A stretch of 60,529 nt of DNA, counting the filler, from Basidioascus undulatus (Eukaryota): the NCBI GenBank assembly GCA_000826855.1. It is 5 parts of 5 records of this genome, joined end to end, with 100 filler letters (N's around TTAATTAATTAA, not from the genome) between each part and the next. Parts side by side here need not be neighbours in the genome. Positions count along the whole stretch, not along the records: positions 12,130 to 24,155 come from JTLS01000956.1; positions 24,256 to 36,281 come from JTLS01000957.1; 3 more parts are not named here. One strand, written 5' to 3'. The notes below the pieces were generated by a model. That model saw only the letters and a program-made list of their open reading frames with translations, did not search any database and was not told where the DNA came from. Below, in pieces: positions 12,130 through 24,300 of this stretch. Both the position numbers and the translations under genes were made by a program. The stretch's first letter is position 1. Each line of letters begins with the position of its first letter.

Positions 12130-13931
12130 TCGAAAGAATTCGAGACTGGTCGTTCGGAACAGGTTGTGCCGGGCCGCAGCGTGATGCTAAAGGGATCCCG
12201 TTTGTTGATTAGAATATGAAAAGACTGAGACTTTGGAATGTAATGAGCTGTATGAGATACTCATATTTCAATAAAGTCCTGTCCTTGGGTGAACGATGGA
12301 AACACGAGGCTCCATGCGGTAAGTCACTGCCGAATGTGTGTCGTTCTTACAGCTTGCACAGCCTGCCTACCTCGTTCTGATACTGGACACATCTTTCAAC
12401 TTCCTCAAGCTCGCACCCGGTCGCCAAACGTCCAAAATTGACATATCACCATGTCCCCCAATGGTGACGGCCAGTGAGTACAACGCCGGACTTTGGGAAG
12501 AGAAGAAGCGAAACCTCATAATGACGTTACGTACGCCGCTCAACAGAATCCTCATCGGTGAGCCACTTTCACACTCAGATGGTGGGCATCTGGGACTTTT
12601 CTGATAAGCGTGGAGGTCAGGCCATCAGGTGCGAAGCCTAGCAACCTTAAGTCTCTGCTGGATGAGGGTGAACGACAACCAGCAGGTCTGGTCCAAGACA
12701 CAGACAATCGCGGCGGTCAATCATTGTGTCTTCACGTTGATAGTAACTTCTTAACCGTGTAGTATTCAGTGAATCGATGGGCGTGGTAGCGCCGTTACAT
12801 ATCCCTTTTCTTGAGCGGATTGGCCAATTGGCGTTCTTTGCTAACAATGCTTTGCAGAAGGTCGGCAGGTGATGGACATCCTCCATTACCGCGCACTGAG
12901 GAGTTCAAGATCAAGATGTGAGTTAATATCATAAAGTCGTTGAAAGGCATGCTGACCTGGCGTCTGGTGTACAGCCTGACCGAGACGGGGTCCATAGTCT
13001 TCAAGATACGAGCGGGGCACATCAAAGGCTCGAGTAAGTGTCAGTGGGTCCAGTCTGATCAAGAGAATCAATGTATTGTGTTATATTGCTCTTTCAGACA
13101 CCCTATCATGATATTCTTGCGACAACATGTAGGAATGGAGCGGCCTACCAACGACTGCGAAGCCAGTACAAGCATTCTCATGACTGGTCTGCCAGCATGC
13201 TAATCTTGTTCTATTTTGTCATCTATTTTCAAGTAAGACTTTTCTGCTATAATCTTACCACCATAGCCCAATTCCTATGTACATTGACTCGTCGGGCGGG
13301 CGACTGAAGGCCCAGCACGCTGATGATTGCTGGACGCACACCTGGTCTCATACCGTTCGTGATACTTTTCGGTCGTGAACTCCTGTGTCCGTTTCTGGTC
13401 ATTACATCTCAAAATGCCTGTATGTTAACGCTATTATTATTTGCGGGGTGTCAAAGTTCGACGAGAAGATCGAGCTTGCTGCGGGAGACGTGCCAATTGT
13501 GGAGCCCTTGCGGTTTCTCGAATAGAGGAAGGGTATTTCTTCCTTAATATCATGTCTTATGCGGCAGTGCGTCCAGCTGGATGCTCCTATGCAAGACGGG
13601 ATCGTGAAGCCTGGATAAAGCGGATAGATACAGTATCTCTGCTCGGCATGTACTCTTTTCCGTAATGCATTGTGGGACGGAGTATGCCAGGATCGAGGGC
13701 CCCCCATTGGACCCAAGTCTCTTGCAGAGCCAATGTGTTGTTGTTGTTGTCCGACCTGCGACGTGTGAACTGAGATAACTTATAGACTCCGCGAGCCCAG
13801 GTTGAAATGTTCTGAGTTTCCCGATTTGAGGGACACGCCTGCTGTGCAGATAGTCCAATTATGCAGCCCACTTCTCAGCATCCAGAGCTAAACTTCAGGT
13901 GCCGACTGCAACCGACAATCCCGACTTCAGC

Positions 13932-14016
13932 CTTGCTCACTCCCCGTTCTTGCTCACTCCCCGTTCTTGCTCACTCCCCGTTCTTGCTCACTCCCCGTTC
14001 TTGCTCACTCCCCGTT
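13932..14016. repeat. 17-bp minisatellite, 5 perfect copies
   Basis: (CTTGCTCACTCCCCGTT)x5 head-to-tail, no spacers. Confidence 0.97.
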
Positions 14017-14766
14017 CACCATCTTTAATGAGCCTTTGCGTGGATGATAGTGTCAAGTCGATGGTCCGTGAAGCATAGCATGATCGGATGGCGTGGACAT
14101 ATCTTCGGCACGAGCTCTGCAGTCTGAGTGCCGCTTCCAACCAGAACCGAGACAAAGGCGCGAAAGTAGAACGAGCAGTCCCGTCCGTGAGACTTAGGGG
14201 TCCCGAGGGAGCTCCAGTCAAGCACACGCTGAGGGACTTGGGAATCCTACCTTTCTCTTCCCATCCGGCAAACGTCCTGCTCAACCTGTCGAGTAAAGGC
14301 GGGTAGCGCGAAGCGTGCCACAGCGACACGAGCTGCACCGTCAGATCGCACTCATCCAAGCGCAGCTCCGCGAAGGCCTCGCACATGGGCGGTGCAGTCG
14401 TAGTTCTTAAAGCATAGGTCCAAAGTAATCAAGAGCTCGAGGTGGCGGATGTTCAAACACGAGTCAATGATGAGTGCGATAGTGTCGAACTTGAACTGAG
14501 CGTCGACCGTGAAAGAGGCAGAGCGCCGCACCTTCGTCCGTCCCGTTGAGGCAGAAGAAGTCACGTTGCTCGGCGGTGGAGAACGATTGTGGGGAAGATC
14601 GTTTCGACTGCGCTGTGCGTGCGGCGGGCGATGAGGAGTCCCCGGTACGGCCTTTTCGGGACCGCGGCGGCGCTAGTCCGGCAGGACGCCCCGCGGGGTC
14701 GAGCTCGTATGCGAGGGAGAGGATGTGCGAGAGGATTTCGTTGGGCATGTCAAGAAGAGAGGGCAT
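13988..14766 (-). pseudogene. F-box-like protein, frameshifted
   Basis: The N-terminus MPSLLDMPNEILSHILSLA is F-box-like. LRR-like pieces (IIDSCLNIRHLEL) follow in different frames. Confidence 0.55.
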
Positions 14767-15963
14767 GTCGTTTTGAAGAATATCAAGAGTCGACAAGAAG
14801 AGCGTCAGAAGAATGTGAGTATGGCTGCGTTGTCTGCGTGTTGACACCGATGGTGGCGTTTGGACAAGAGAGGAGTAGCGGACGGAGCTGCCCTTAATAA
14901 CGCCTTTGGGTTTTGGTAGCTCGGAGCCATAAAGGGCGGCACGAGGCGCTTTTTAACAACGTTGAGGACAGAAACGCCGTCGCAAGAACGTCAACCCCTT
15001 TCACGGGTCGTCGGGACGACCCCATCTTATTTACTGTGACATCTTATAGAACATCTTATATCAGTCCACACCGTAGAGATCCTCGAGGGAAGTATCCTGG
15101 TGCACGCTGGGCGTGAACCTTCGCAGCTTGCTTGCTCCGCCGCTGGGCTGCGCTGTCCTCCGCTGACACGACATTCCGGTGGCCACGCTACTTGGGCGTC
15201 TATTCAAACTTATTCGATATGAAATGAACCAACAGAATTCGTAAGAGCATCGGCAGTGCTCCCGATGTGTCTTCTGCTTGAACCTTTCGAGACAGCGTGA
15301 TCCGGTACATTACTGTGCTGTCAAGCACCTGTATCCGGTCTTCAGTATGGTGCTCTTCCACATAAGTACCTAGTTATTACCAAGAAATTTAGTCTCATTA
15401 AAGCACAGTTTGCCTCTACTCAACAATTCAGTTCCATCTTCCCGACCAGCTCGTTCAGCCGAGCCGGCGCCTGAGCCAAGCGCTAGGCGAAGATGTTCTT
15501 CTGTCTGTGCTCAGGAATGTCCATGCAACGGAGATATGGCCGGACGATTGTTCGACGAGAAGCAACCAAGCAGAAGCTGCATGAAGACCGAGGGACGCTC
15601 TTCTCGAGGAATGAGACGGATGAAGGCCCGGCGAGCCTACTTCTTTTCTTGCGAATACATTAGCGTCGTCTCGCCGATATGCGGAACTTGCTGAACCTCA
15701 CATCGAGATCCATCGAAGGCAGCACAAGAACTGATCAACTCGTCCATTCTCCATACAGCGCACAGCCACGAAGACGAGTTGAACCACCGGTACCTGGCTC
15801 AACCGATCTTGCGAAGAAACCTACCTGGTCCGAAGACACGACAGGCTCCCGCACACAGAATCGGAAAGAATGGGTATGTGCAATGCCATGCGTCAACGAC
15901 ACGTTCAAACAAAGAACGCTAATGCGGAGGGGTGACGAAAAGATGGTAGTGCGTCCATGATGA

Positions 15964-17338
15964 TTATGCCCTCTTCTCCTCTCCGGCCTCATGCCGTGCC
16001 TTCCCAGCCTCGTTCTCCAACCCATCCAGCAGCTCGTCGCCCTCCTCGCTCAGACCCTTGACCGACCGCTCGATCTTCCTGCGCTCCCTGCGGCGCTCCG
16101 CCCTCCGCAGCTCCTTCTCCGTCTTGACCTTGCCGAGGTCGACGAACTGCCACTTGCCCCTGACGGACTTGGCCTGATCCTGGACGCGCTTGCCCGTCAA
16201 GTCAAACTCGATCTCCTCCGTCTCCTTCGCCTTGGTCTCCTGCGCGCGCACCGCGCGCTCGATGTCCTCGATCTGCGCCGCGGCCGCCGAGACGCGGCCG
16301 TACTCGTTGTCCTCGAGCACGGCCCACACGGTCGGGTCGCCGAGGGACTGTTTGCGCGGCAGGCGCGGGTTCGACGGGCTCGACGCGGGCGGGGGCACGG
16401 CGGAGGACTCGGCGGGCTCGGGGTCGACCGGCTGCGTCGCGGAAAGGAGCTCGAGGATTTGCGCGCTCGACGATGCCTTGCTCGCGCCCTTCCGCGATGT
16501 AGGGACGCCGAGGTGCGACTCCATGCCGGCGAGGTGGTGTACTTGCAACGGCTTGCCCTGCATCCAGCGCGAGCAACATCGTGTCAGCATGGCTCGCTTG
16601 TGCCAGGGAAAGATGGATGCGGAGAAGCATGTTCAGAGATTAATCAAGTTTCTAACCATGGTTGGGTCTTCAAGACTAATCGAAATATTTTGATAAAGCT
16701 CATCATTCATGCTTGTAGACCGCGAGTCTCTCCATGCACCAGGCGCTGACGCCGCGCCGCCGTGCAACACAAAGGAAACAACCAAGCTCACCTGCGCAAC
16801 CCACTCGTCCTCCAGCGCCTTCAACCGCAGGATCGCGCGCACGCGGTCGATGGAGACGTTGAAGTCCTGTGACAGCTGGCGGGGCGAGAACTCCTTCGGA
16901 TCCCGCTTGTGCAAGAGCGCCATCTGGGACTTGATCGTGTCGGAGATGGGCGGGGGCGGCTTGAAAGTGGGGTTGAGGGGGAATGGCTGCATCCACCCAA
17001 TCAGACATCCAGCATGAGCTCCCACCGGAGCCTGCCGAGACCCAAGGAAGAAGAAGACGCACCGTCGCTCCGATCCAATTCGGCTTCCCCGGCGTCCCGT
17101 CCTTGAACTTCGCGCCCTCCCCTTTCGTCAACCACTCCTTCACCGGCATGTCCATCCGCGCCCGCCCGCCGATGGACCGCTCCCCGTCGTCGCCCGCCTG
17201 CTTTTTCCGACGCCCGCGCGCGCCGCGAACAGGGAGGTCCGGCTCGACGAAGTCGTCCGCGGATGGAGGGGCGGGGAACTGCTGCGAGAGCCGCGCGGAG
17301 GTGCGCAAACCGCGGCGCGCAATCTGCGTGGACGCCAT
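15964..17338 (-). CDS. MRPS35: Mitochondrial ribosomal protein mS45 (Bot1/MRPS35 family), 3 exons
   Basis: Arg/Ser-rich presequence MASTQIARRGLRTSARL, PNWIGAT spliced to PFPLNPTFKPPPPISD, RQLSQDFNVSIDRVRAILRLKALEDEW, then GKPLQ...GMESHLGV. Confidence 0.85.
16625..16714 (-). ncRNA. Intronic box C/D snoRNA
   Basis: Inside the long (~225 nt) intron 2 of mS45. 7-bp terminal stem AAGCATG/CATGCTT, box C ATGATGA (16706-16700), box D CTGA (16636-16633), candidate D' (TTGA) and C' (ATGGTTA), and a guide TTCGATTAGTCTT antisense to conserved LSU rRNA AAGACUAAUCGAA. Confidence 0.88.
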
Positions 17339-18321
17339 GTCGATAGATGCGCGGATCGGTGGGCGGGAAAGAGAGTGGAAGGATGCGTCAGTGCGAAGGG
17401 GGAAGAGAGAAGACCGGCCGGGCACGAGACGTTTTCAGGCCGAGGTTACGGGTGCTCGGTGCCGCGGCAGGGTAGTGTCTTTGTTTTTCTTCCTCTTTCG
17501 CCTCTGAAGGAAGTGTCTCTTTACAAGAAGCAGGAGCACCAAACTACCGTTTATAATATGCTCACTTACAGGATGCGTTCGTACTCGTGTAAGCCGGCAA
17601 GGTGCCGCCGGTCCGGACGTCTTAGGCCATACTCGGTTTCAACCGCCGATCGAGCCGCATCGTAGGCCAAATCCCATCTTTTGCTCCATTGGAGGGTGGG
17701 AATAACGCGTCTGTAAAGAACATCCGTCCAATGAAACTTTGAATGAAGGAGGCGATGCGTTGCGCCCGAACATGTCACGCCGACAAGCCCACTGCGATGG
17801 CGATAGCGACGCTCCCTTACACTTCAGACTCCAATCAGATCCTTGCGTTCCGCTTGCGAATAATGAAGATGGTCATTTGGATATTTCATCTGCAAGCAGA
17901 CAAGGGCGACCGGCGTTCTTGGTTCCACTTCTGCTGATCACCACACGGTTTGGGTTGCGTCGTATGCTCTGACTGCGAGCTTCCGGTGACCTTCAAGAAT
18001 ACACGAAATTGTGCACTGAATATTCCAAGGGGGGAATTAAACTATATTTAGGTCATGCCACCACTTCTCATGACTGTTGGATGCAACGGCCCGCCGTAGC
18101 TGCAGACGTTGAAAGCGGCTGCACGAATGCGCCTCTATCAACCACGTTGTATCTCATATTTGCCAAATGTTCAAGAACCTCGAACGCCAAGCTGATATCA
18201 GACCCCAACGTCCTCATGCTGGGGCAGAAGCGCTGAACTGTCTCGTTCAAGCGCACACCCCTCTCTCCCCCCATCTGCTACCAAGTGCTCTCACCGTCCT
18301 CACTAACGACTCTTCCCTCCG

Positions 18322-19356
18322 ATGCCACCCTCCCCCCCGCCTGACGGCGTCCTCCTCCCGCCCAACTACCCCCCGCCGCTGCCGCAGATCAGGGACGATC
18401 TCCGGGACCTCGCCTTCACGCATAGCTCGTTCGCGAGACCCTCGAGCGCGCCGCCCAAGTTTGAGGACCCCGAGGGTGCGGTGCTGGACAACAATGCGCC
18501 CGAGTTCCTCAGCGACGCGGTGCTTAACCTTGCCGTGGGCGTCGTGCTCAGAAGGAGGTACCCGCGCTTGCGGTCCGGGCCACTAACCGTGCGTGAGCTT
18601 CTTCGCAATTCGTTCCCTGCGCGCGTTGTTTTAGGAAGGAGGAGAGCGTTCCAGGAACTGCGCTCGATGCTAGTGAACGGCGAGCGCCTGGCCGACTGGG
18701 CAAAAATGTACGGCTTCGACCGCGCGCTCAAGGTCCCTGGCGGGGCTAACAGCACCGCGGTGCGGACGAGCACGGCCAATCTCGCCGGGTGCTTTGAGGC
18801 GTACGTGTCGGGGATCTTTGAGGAGCACGGCGAGGAGGTGGGTATCCGGTGCGCAATAGACTGGTGCGTCCTCCCTTCCTCCTTCCCCCCTCCTTCACCC
18901 TTCACCCTTCCTCCCCTGCTGACAGCTATCTTTCATGTCTCGCAGGGTCGAGCGCCTTATCGCTCCCTACGCAGCGCATTACTACACCCTCGTTCGCGCG
19001 CGGTATCTCCGCCCTTCGCTCTCGCCCTCCCCATCCTCGCCCTCGTCCGAATTCGTCTCACGCGGGTACCTCGCGCGCCTGAATGAGGTCGCGCCCAAAC
19101 GGGGGCACAGGCACGAGTGGCGCCAAAGCTGCGCCGGGGAAGGGCATGATCCAGCTTGGATCATGACGCTTGTGATTGATGGGGGGGAGCACGAGATTGC
19201 AAGGCAGGCGAGCACGAAGAAGATCGCGATGGAGATGGCAGCGCTCGAGGGGCTGAGGGTACTTAGGATCGATGTGCCGCAGGTGGGTCGGCGCCTGTGC
19301 CCTGTAGCTGGATGCACTGATCCCGATGCTCTTCTTTTTTTGTTCACAAGTTTTAA
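18322..19356 (+). CDS. Short RNase III-domain plus dsRNA-binding-domain protein
   Basis: LAFTHSS, NNAPEFLSDAVL (cf. NERLEFLGDAVL), LRSMLVN, LAGCFEAYVSGIF and a dsRBD-like YLARLNE...WIMTLVIDG..ASTKKIAMEMAALEGL. Introns at ~18589-18654, ~18864-18945 and ~19283-19350. Confidence 0.85.
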
Positions 19357-20164
19357 GCTGGGCATAATGGCGCTGGGCGGGTATCCCGGCGCGGCGGGCC
19401 GAACTCGGAACTTGGGGGCACAAACGGACATTCTTGAGCACACTGCAAAGCCTCATCGGGCAGCAGCTTATGCCCCTTCTTCTTTCTTTTGCCTACCTTG
19501 TCTTTTTTGTCTTTTGGTCTTCCGGCACTGTACCAACACTCGCCACGCAGCCTCCCAGCCTCGCAACGTCTCTTCTCTTCTCACGATCACCATGCGATAA
19601 TACCACCCGCGCTCTGCCGTCCTGCGTGCCCGACACGATTGTGCGCGGCTGTATGCTGCTGATCGTCCGTGCAGCGTGATAGTACAGACACCTCCAGCCT
19701 CATACAACATGGCGGCACTGAAAGGCCACGCATATCGGGAGGCTTGTTCTAGCTGAAACGTTCTCTCGATAGCGCTTCGTTCCCGGCGTTGTGGGAAGTG
19801 TAAACAGGTGTCTGTTCATCTAATAAGAGTTGCTAAACCCATACCCTTTTGCCAATTTGCTCCTTACACCAAGCAATGGGCCGGACAGGCGCGGCGGTGG
19901 ACTGCGCGGCAAGGCATACGAGACAGCCGCTTGCAGCAACGCTCACTGCTGCAAAACTTTACTAAACGGTGATGGATCTCGAGAGTCCAGTAGACTAATT
20001 GTTATCGACTGAAAGACGGGATGTCCCATTTCCTGGAAGATAAGGCCGCTGAGGGGCTACCCGAAGACGTCCGTCTCAGTGCGATTGCCGTTCCCCGCCA
20101 CTGTCCCATCCTTCGGTGGAAGCTCCCGCTGAATCACCTCCCATCACTGACTTTAACGCTCATC

Positions 20165-21548
20165 ATGACCGCCCCTGACCTAAGCGACCTAATTTGGGAG
20201 CGCATCGGCGCCGGCGGTGGAGACAGCGACTCGAACTTCGAGGAGATGAGTGAGGACCCGCTCCTGCGCTGCGCCGCTCCGCTCGACTGTCAGCGGCGGG
20301 ACCACTCCACGGGCGAGAAGCTCGCGTGCGTTCGCTCGAAATTAATCTCGCGGGACCTGGCCGTGCCGGGGGACTTCATGGCGCTCATATAACAGCGACG
20401 TGCGTTGGCTCTTTCCTCTCATCTTATCCCGCGGGTCGCTGAGTGACTGTGTGTGGGAGCCCCACAAAACGTGATGAACCTCGCAATTAAGATGTTCCAC
20501 GTGCGCGGGAGACTTAAGCTGGAGGTGCTGTCCCTTGTCTGGCGAGCGTGGGACGGCCGTGTGGGGCACGGAGCTCAACGACGGGCAGCTGCTCTACATC
20601 GACGAGCTTGTCGTCGACAAGCCGGTGCACCGCGCGAAGGGTTACGGGAAGGAAGCATTCCGGCGTTTGCTGGACAGCGAGGAGGCCATTGTGAGTGGGC
20701 CCTACCTTAAGTTTTGTTGTGACTGACTACCGGAGACGGAAACAGGACGCCCCCTTCGTGATTGCTTGGTCGACGCCGCTGGTAGGTCCGACCGCGAGGT
20801 CAACAGCCACAAAGGCAGACTATGCCCACGGTACGCGGCGATCCGCTGGATGAGGCAAAGGCAAAGAAGGCCGGCGAAGGACGACAGGATCGTCAAGTTC
20901 TTCCACAGCGTACCTCACACGACAATTTTCTTCTTTACATTGATGCTCCGTGTATTCCATGGTTTCTCACCCGAGTGAGTGGCTCCGATTCGCAGGAGAG
21001 TTTCCGCCGCATCGGGACAACCCAGTTCTTTCGCTACGCGCGATCTTCCTCCCACCCCTCTCGCGCCCTCCACGCGTCCCAAGACGCCGCCCAAGACGCC
21101 GTGGAAGCAGCACTAGTCGACGTCTTTGACCGCGACGAGCGTTTTGGAACAACGCAGCTGTCGCTCCTCCCCCCACGGCTACATAGCCTCCCACATCTTC
21201 AACGGCTACCCACCCTCTCGGGCGAGCTCGCCGCGCAGCCGACCCGATAAGCATCAACCGCCCAGACCCTTCGAACGGGTACTCAGCGCTCCACCTCTTC
21301 GGGGCGGGTCCGAGCCCCGGCGGGCCGAAGTGGGTGCGCGCACTGTTGGACGCGGGCGCGCGGGAGAGCCTGAGGGCGAGGGAGAAGAGGGGCTCACACC
21401 CTTTGAGCTCATGGACCGCGTTATTAGGGACGATGTGGAATTCAGGACGGCTATGGGCATGACGAGGATGATCCCGCATGGCGATAGGACCGCGCCGCAG
21501 GCGAGGGCGCTGCTTTACCAGGAGACGCAACTCGCTGCGAACGCGTAG
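20165..21548 (+). pseudogene. GNAT-like (acetyltransferase-fold) protein, disrupted
   Basis: GTAVWGTELNDGQLLYIDELVVDKPVHRAKGYGK (motif A-like R-x-x-G-x-G) and FFHS..FRRIGTTQFF (motif B-like). Pieces lie in different frames with stops. Confidence 0.55.
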
Positions 21549-23390
21549 GCGCTGTGCTGGACCTCTGTTCTCTCGGACACTACTTCTTCAGCTCAGAATG
21601 AACCATGAACTAATAGTTTTGAACGCTTTTCATGAACGACTTGCGTGCACGACTGTTGGAGGTCGTAAACTGCAATTCATGCAAGTAAGTCGAACAGCAC
21701 CAGCACCGTTGATGTGTCTTCCTCACTTGGTTGCCGCAGGTAGTACAAACCCAGGAAAACATCCCAAGAAGTAGGGTTACGGTCACAGATTGAACAAATA
21801 ACTGAAGAGGCCACTGCTGATTCTTCTCGAGGATGTGAAAGTCGCGTCCTGATAGTTTAATCGTCTGCTAGGGCTGACACTCGACAAGACTTATTCCTTT
21901 CGGCATGACCTTCTGGGGTCATGAATGCACGCAAATCACGTGCCCTTAGGTAGAGTAGACATGCGCGACGGTCACAAAGCCCCGTCCGGAACCATCCCAC
22001 CCTTCTCCTCCCTCAGGACAACAACGACGTCCCATGCCGCTCCTAAAGCGTACCATCAACCACCAGGCTCATCATATGCTCTTATACTCGATCGCTCAAA
22101 AGAAATACAATTTCACCAGAGCAACCCTGAGTCCACCAAGTGCGGGAGCGCGTTCGTAGAACGTGGATGTTGGATACTCTGTTGTATTACCGTCTCCCAA
22201 CAATGAAGATGCAGCTTTCTGGGCCTGCACTGCTGTTCATGGAAAGCTCACAGTCCGGAAGATACTTCTCCTCACTGTGGGACAGCGATGTCGTGAACAG
22301 CCTATGAGCCTGGGTTGTGACAAGATGGGTCAGAGCAGGTAAAGACGCATTGGACGGCAGACCCAGCGCTGCATCCTCGCGAACTCCAAAAGCCAGGGAA
22401 TAAAAGTCACAGTAACGCTAAAGGCTGCAACTTATTAACCTCTAGTGTAGCCCTCATAGAGCCAGGGCAGACGAATTCCTCGAGCAGGGTCATGGTACGA
22501 ATGGTGTCGAGAACGAACGAAAAACTCGCCGGAGCCAAGCCAGAGCTCTTCTTTGGAACTTCAGGAGTAAATACCGCTTCACCACCCCAAGCATGAGTAC
22601 ACCAAGGGCCAGAGCGCGTCCGCGCGACATGGGTTGCCACAATCCTGTGCGGGCTAACGACGAGGTAGATGGAGCTTTTCAAGCCGGGATTGCTGTTCAT
22701 AAAAGCTCGGGAGTCAAGAAGATATCTCTCGAGTCTGATGTGTAGAGGCAGATATGGGCTGAACAGTGGGTGAGCCTCGTCTGTGATGAGGGGGCAGAGA
22801 GATGGCAAGGAAATGTCGGCAAACCCAATATGCACTTGACTGCTGCATGGCAGCTGTCTCGAAACCTAAGGGACAGCTGTCGCTCAAGGTAGCGCAAGAA
22901 CGTGCTCGAATTCGGATTTTAACCAGATTGCGTAGATCAAAAGTTGCACTGCTAGCGATGCAAGTGATAGCAGTCAGACCTTGAGTTTGTTCACGTCCAT
23001 TCTCTGTTCCCCAGCCTGTCTACCGATGGTCCCACGGACAGCACCCCCAACGTTTTGCATGGGGTTGAAAGCAGCTCGAGATGTAGAACAGCAGGGAGGG
23101 TTCCACTGCGAGCTTTCGAACTTCACACGCCTGTCAGTCTGCCTCTTCGTCTCCACAAGGGGTAAACTCATTTCTCCACAGCGGCTAGTCTTCCAGGTCT
23201 GGCTGTGTGACGGATTGGGTGCAAACACACTGCCAGCGGCCAACACTCTGCCTGTTGTCTTTGCGGACAAAATCACATCCAGGGAAGTAAACATCACCGC
23301 AATGTATGCTATCTATGGGTAGTTTTCTCCTGTAGAGAGACTCAAAATTTTCAGCACCTGTCTACTTTAAAACTGAAACAGAGACACAAG

Positions 23391-23463
23391 GGCCGCTTAA
23401 CTCAGTTGGTAGAGTGTTTGCTTAACACGCAAAATGTCGCAGGATCGAGCCCTGCAGTGGTCA
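23391..23463 (+). tRNA. tRNA-Val(AAC), intronless
   Basis: Cloverleaf: acceptor GGCCGCT/AGTGGTC, D stem ACTC/GAGT, anticodon stem TTTGC/GCAAA with loop TTAACAC, T stem GCAGG/CCTGC, discriminator A. TTTT follows immediately. Confidence 0.93.
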
Positions 23464-23472
23464 TTTTATTTT
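23464..23472 (+). terminator. RNA polymerase III terminator
   Basis: TTTTATTTT directly after the tRNA. Confidence 0.7.
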
Positions 23473-23733
23473 GTGACCGGGCATGGTACCTTTTTCTTCT
23501 TCCTTTTCGAATATTACCCCCACCCAAAGAGTCCAAATTGCCGATAAAATGTACAAGATGAAAGAAGGGAGAGCCAAGCTGTGCCTGACTGCGCTGCCTT
23601 TCGGGCGCCTCGAGACCTCCACTCGCCCGCCGGGCTCACCGCTTACCGCTTACCCCTCGTCTCGCCTTCTATTCAACTTCATCGCCAGCCCAGCCTCCGC
23701 GTCTACGATCACATACACAACATCGCTGTATCC

Positions 23734-24155
23734 ATGTCCGGAACGCGCCATGCCGCCGTCGCGCCGCCGCGGCAGCCCACCTTTTTTTGCCATGAGGTCA
23801 GCCAACATCGGGCTGTGGAACCACCGAGCTGATTGTGGGTGTGGGTGGGCAGTGCGCATGGGAAGGCCGCCCAATGATGGCTCCAAATCCTATATGTCCC
23901 AACTGCCAGAGCGATTTCCTTGAAGAGGTGCGTTGTTTCCACTTCTCTGCCGGTAGATAAACAGGTGATCGATCTGCCGCCCCAGCTCGACCCCGACTCG
24001 CTCGACGACCCGCGCGACTTCGCAGCCGACGACGGGGACGACTTCTTTGCTGCCGCGGACGTGGTAGGCGCGGGCGCGGGCGGCTTGCCAGGCCTGCTCG
24101 GGCAGTTGCTAGGCGTCGTGCCCGGCCCGCCACCGCCGCCGCCGCAGCGGCAGTG
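23734..24155 (+). CDS. RNF126/RNF115-like E3 ligase, N-terminal zinc ribbon (3' end lost at contig edge)
   Basis: Spliced MSGTRHAAVAPPRQPTFFCHE + CAWEGRPMMAPNPICPNCQSDFLEE, then DDPRDF. The RING domain is not in the window. Confidence 0.72.
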
Positions 24156-24255
24156 NNNNNNNNNNNNNNNNNNNNNNNNNNNNNNNNNNNNNNNNNNNNT
24201 TAATTAATTAANNNNNNNNNNNNNNNNNNNNNNNNNNNNNNNNNNNNNNNNNNNN
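24156..24255. other. Artificial contig linker
   Basis: N44-TTAATTAATTAA-N44. Confidence 0.98.
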
Positions 24256-24300
24256 CTAGTGTGGAACCAGGTTGTTAAAAAAATAAAAAATAAACCCCTT

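Noticed and set aside
12130..13900. Short ORFs as genes
   Set aside because: No codon bias, splice pattern or recognisable domain.
13932..14016. CRISPR-like array
   Set aside because: Units are contiguous with no unique spacers, there are no cas genes, and the context is eukaryotic.
21900..23330. ORFs of 100-140 aa upstream of the tRNA
   Set aside because: No family motif recognised, so a call cannot be supported.
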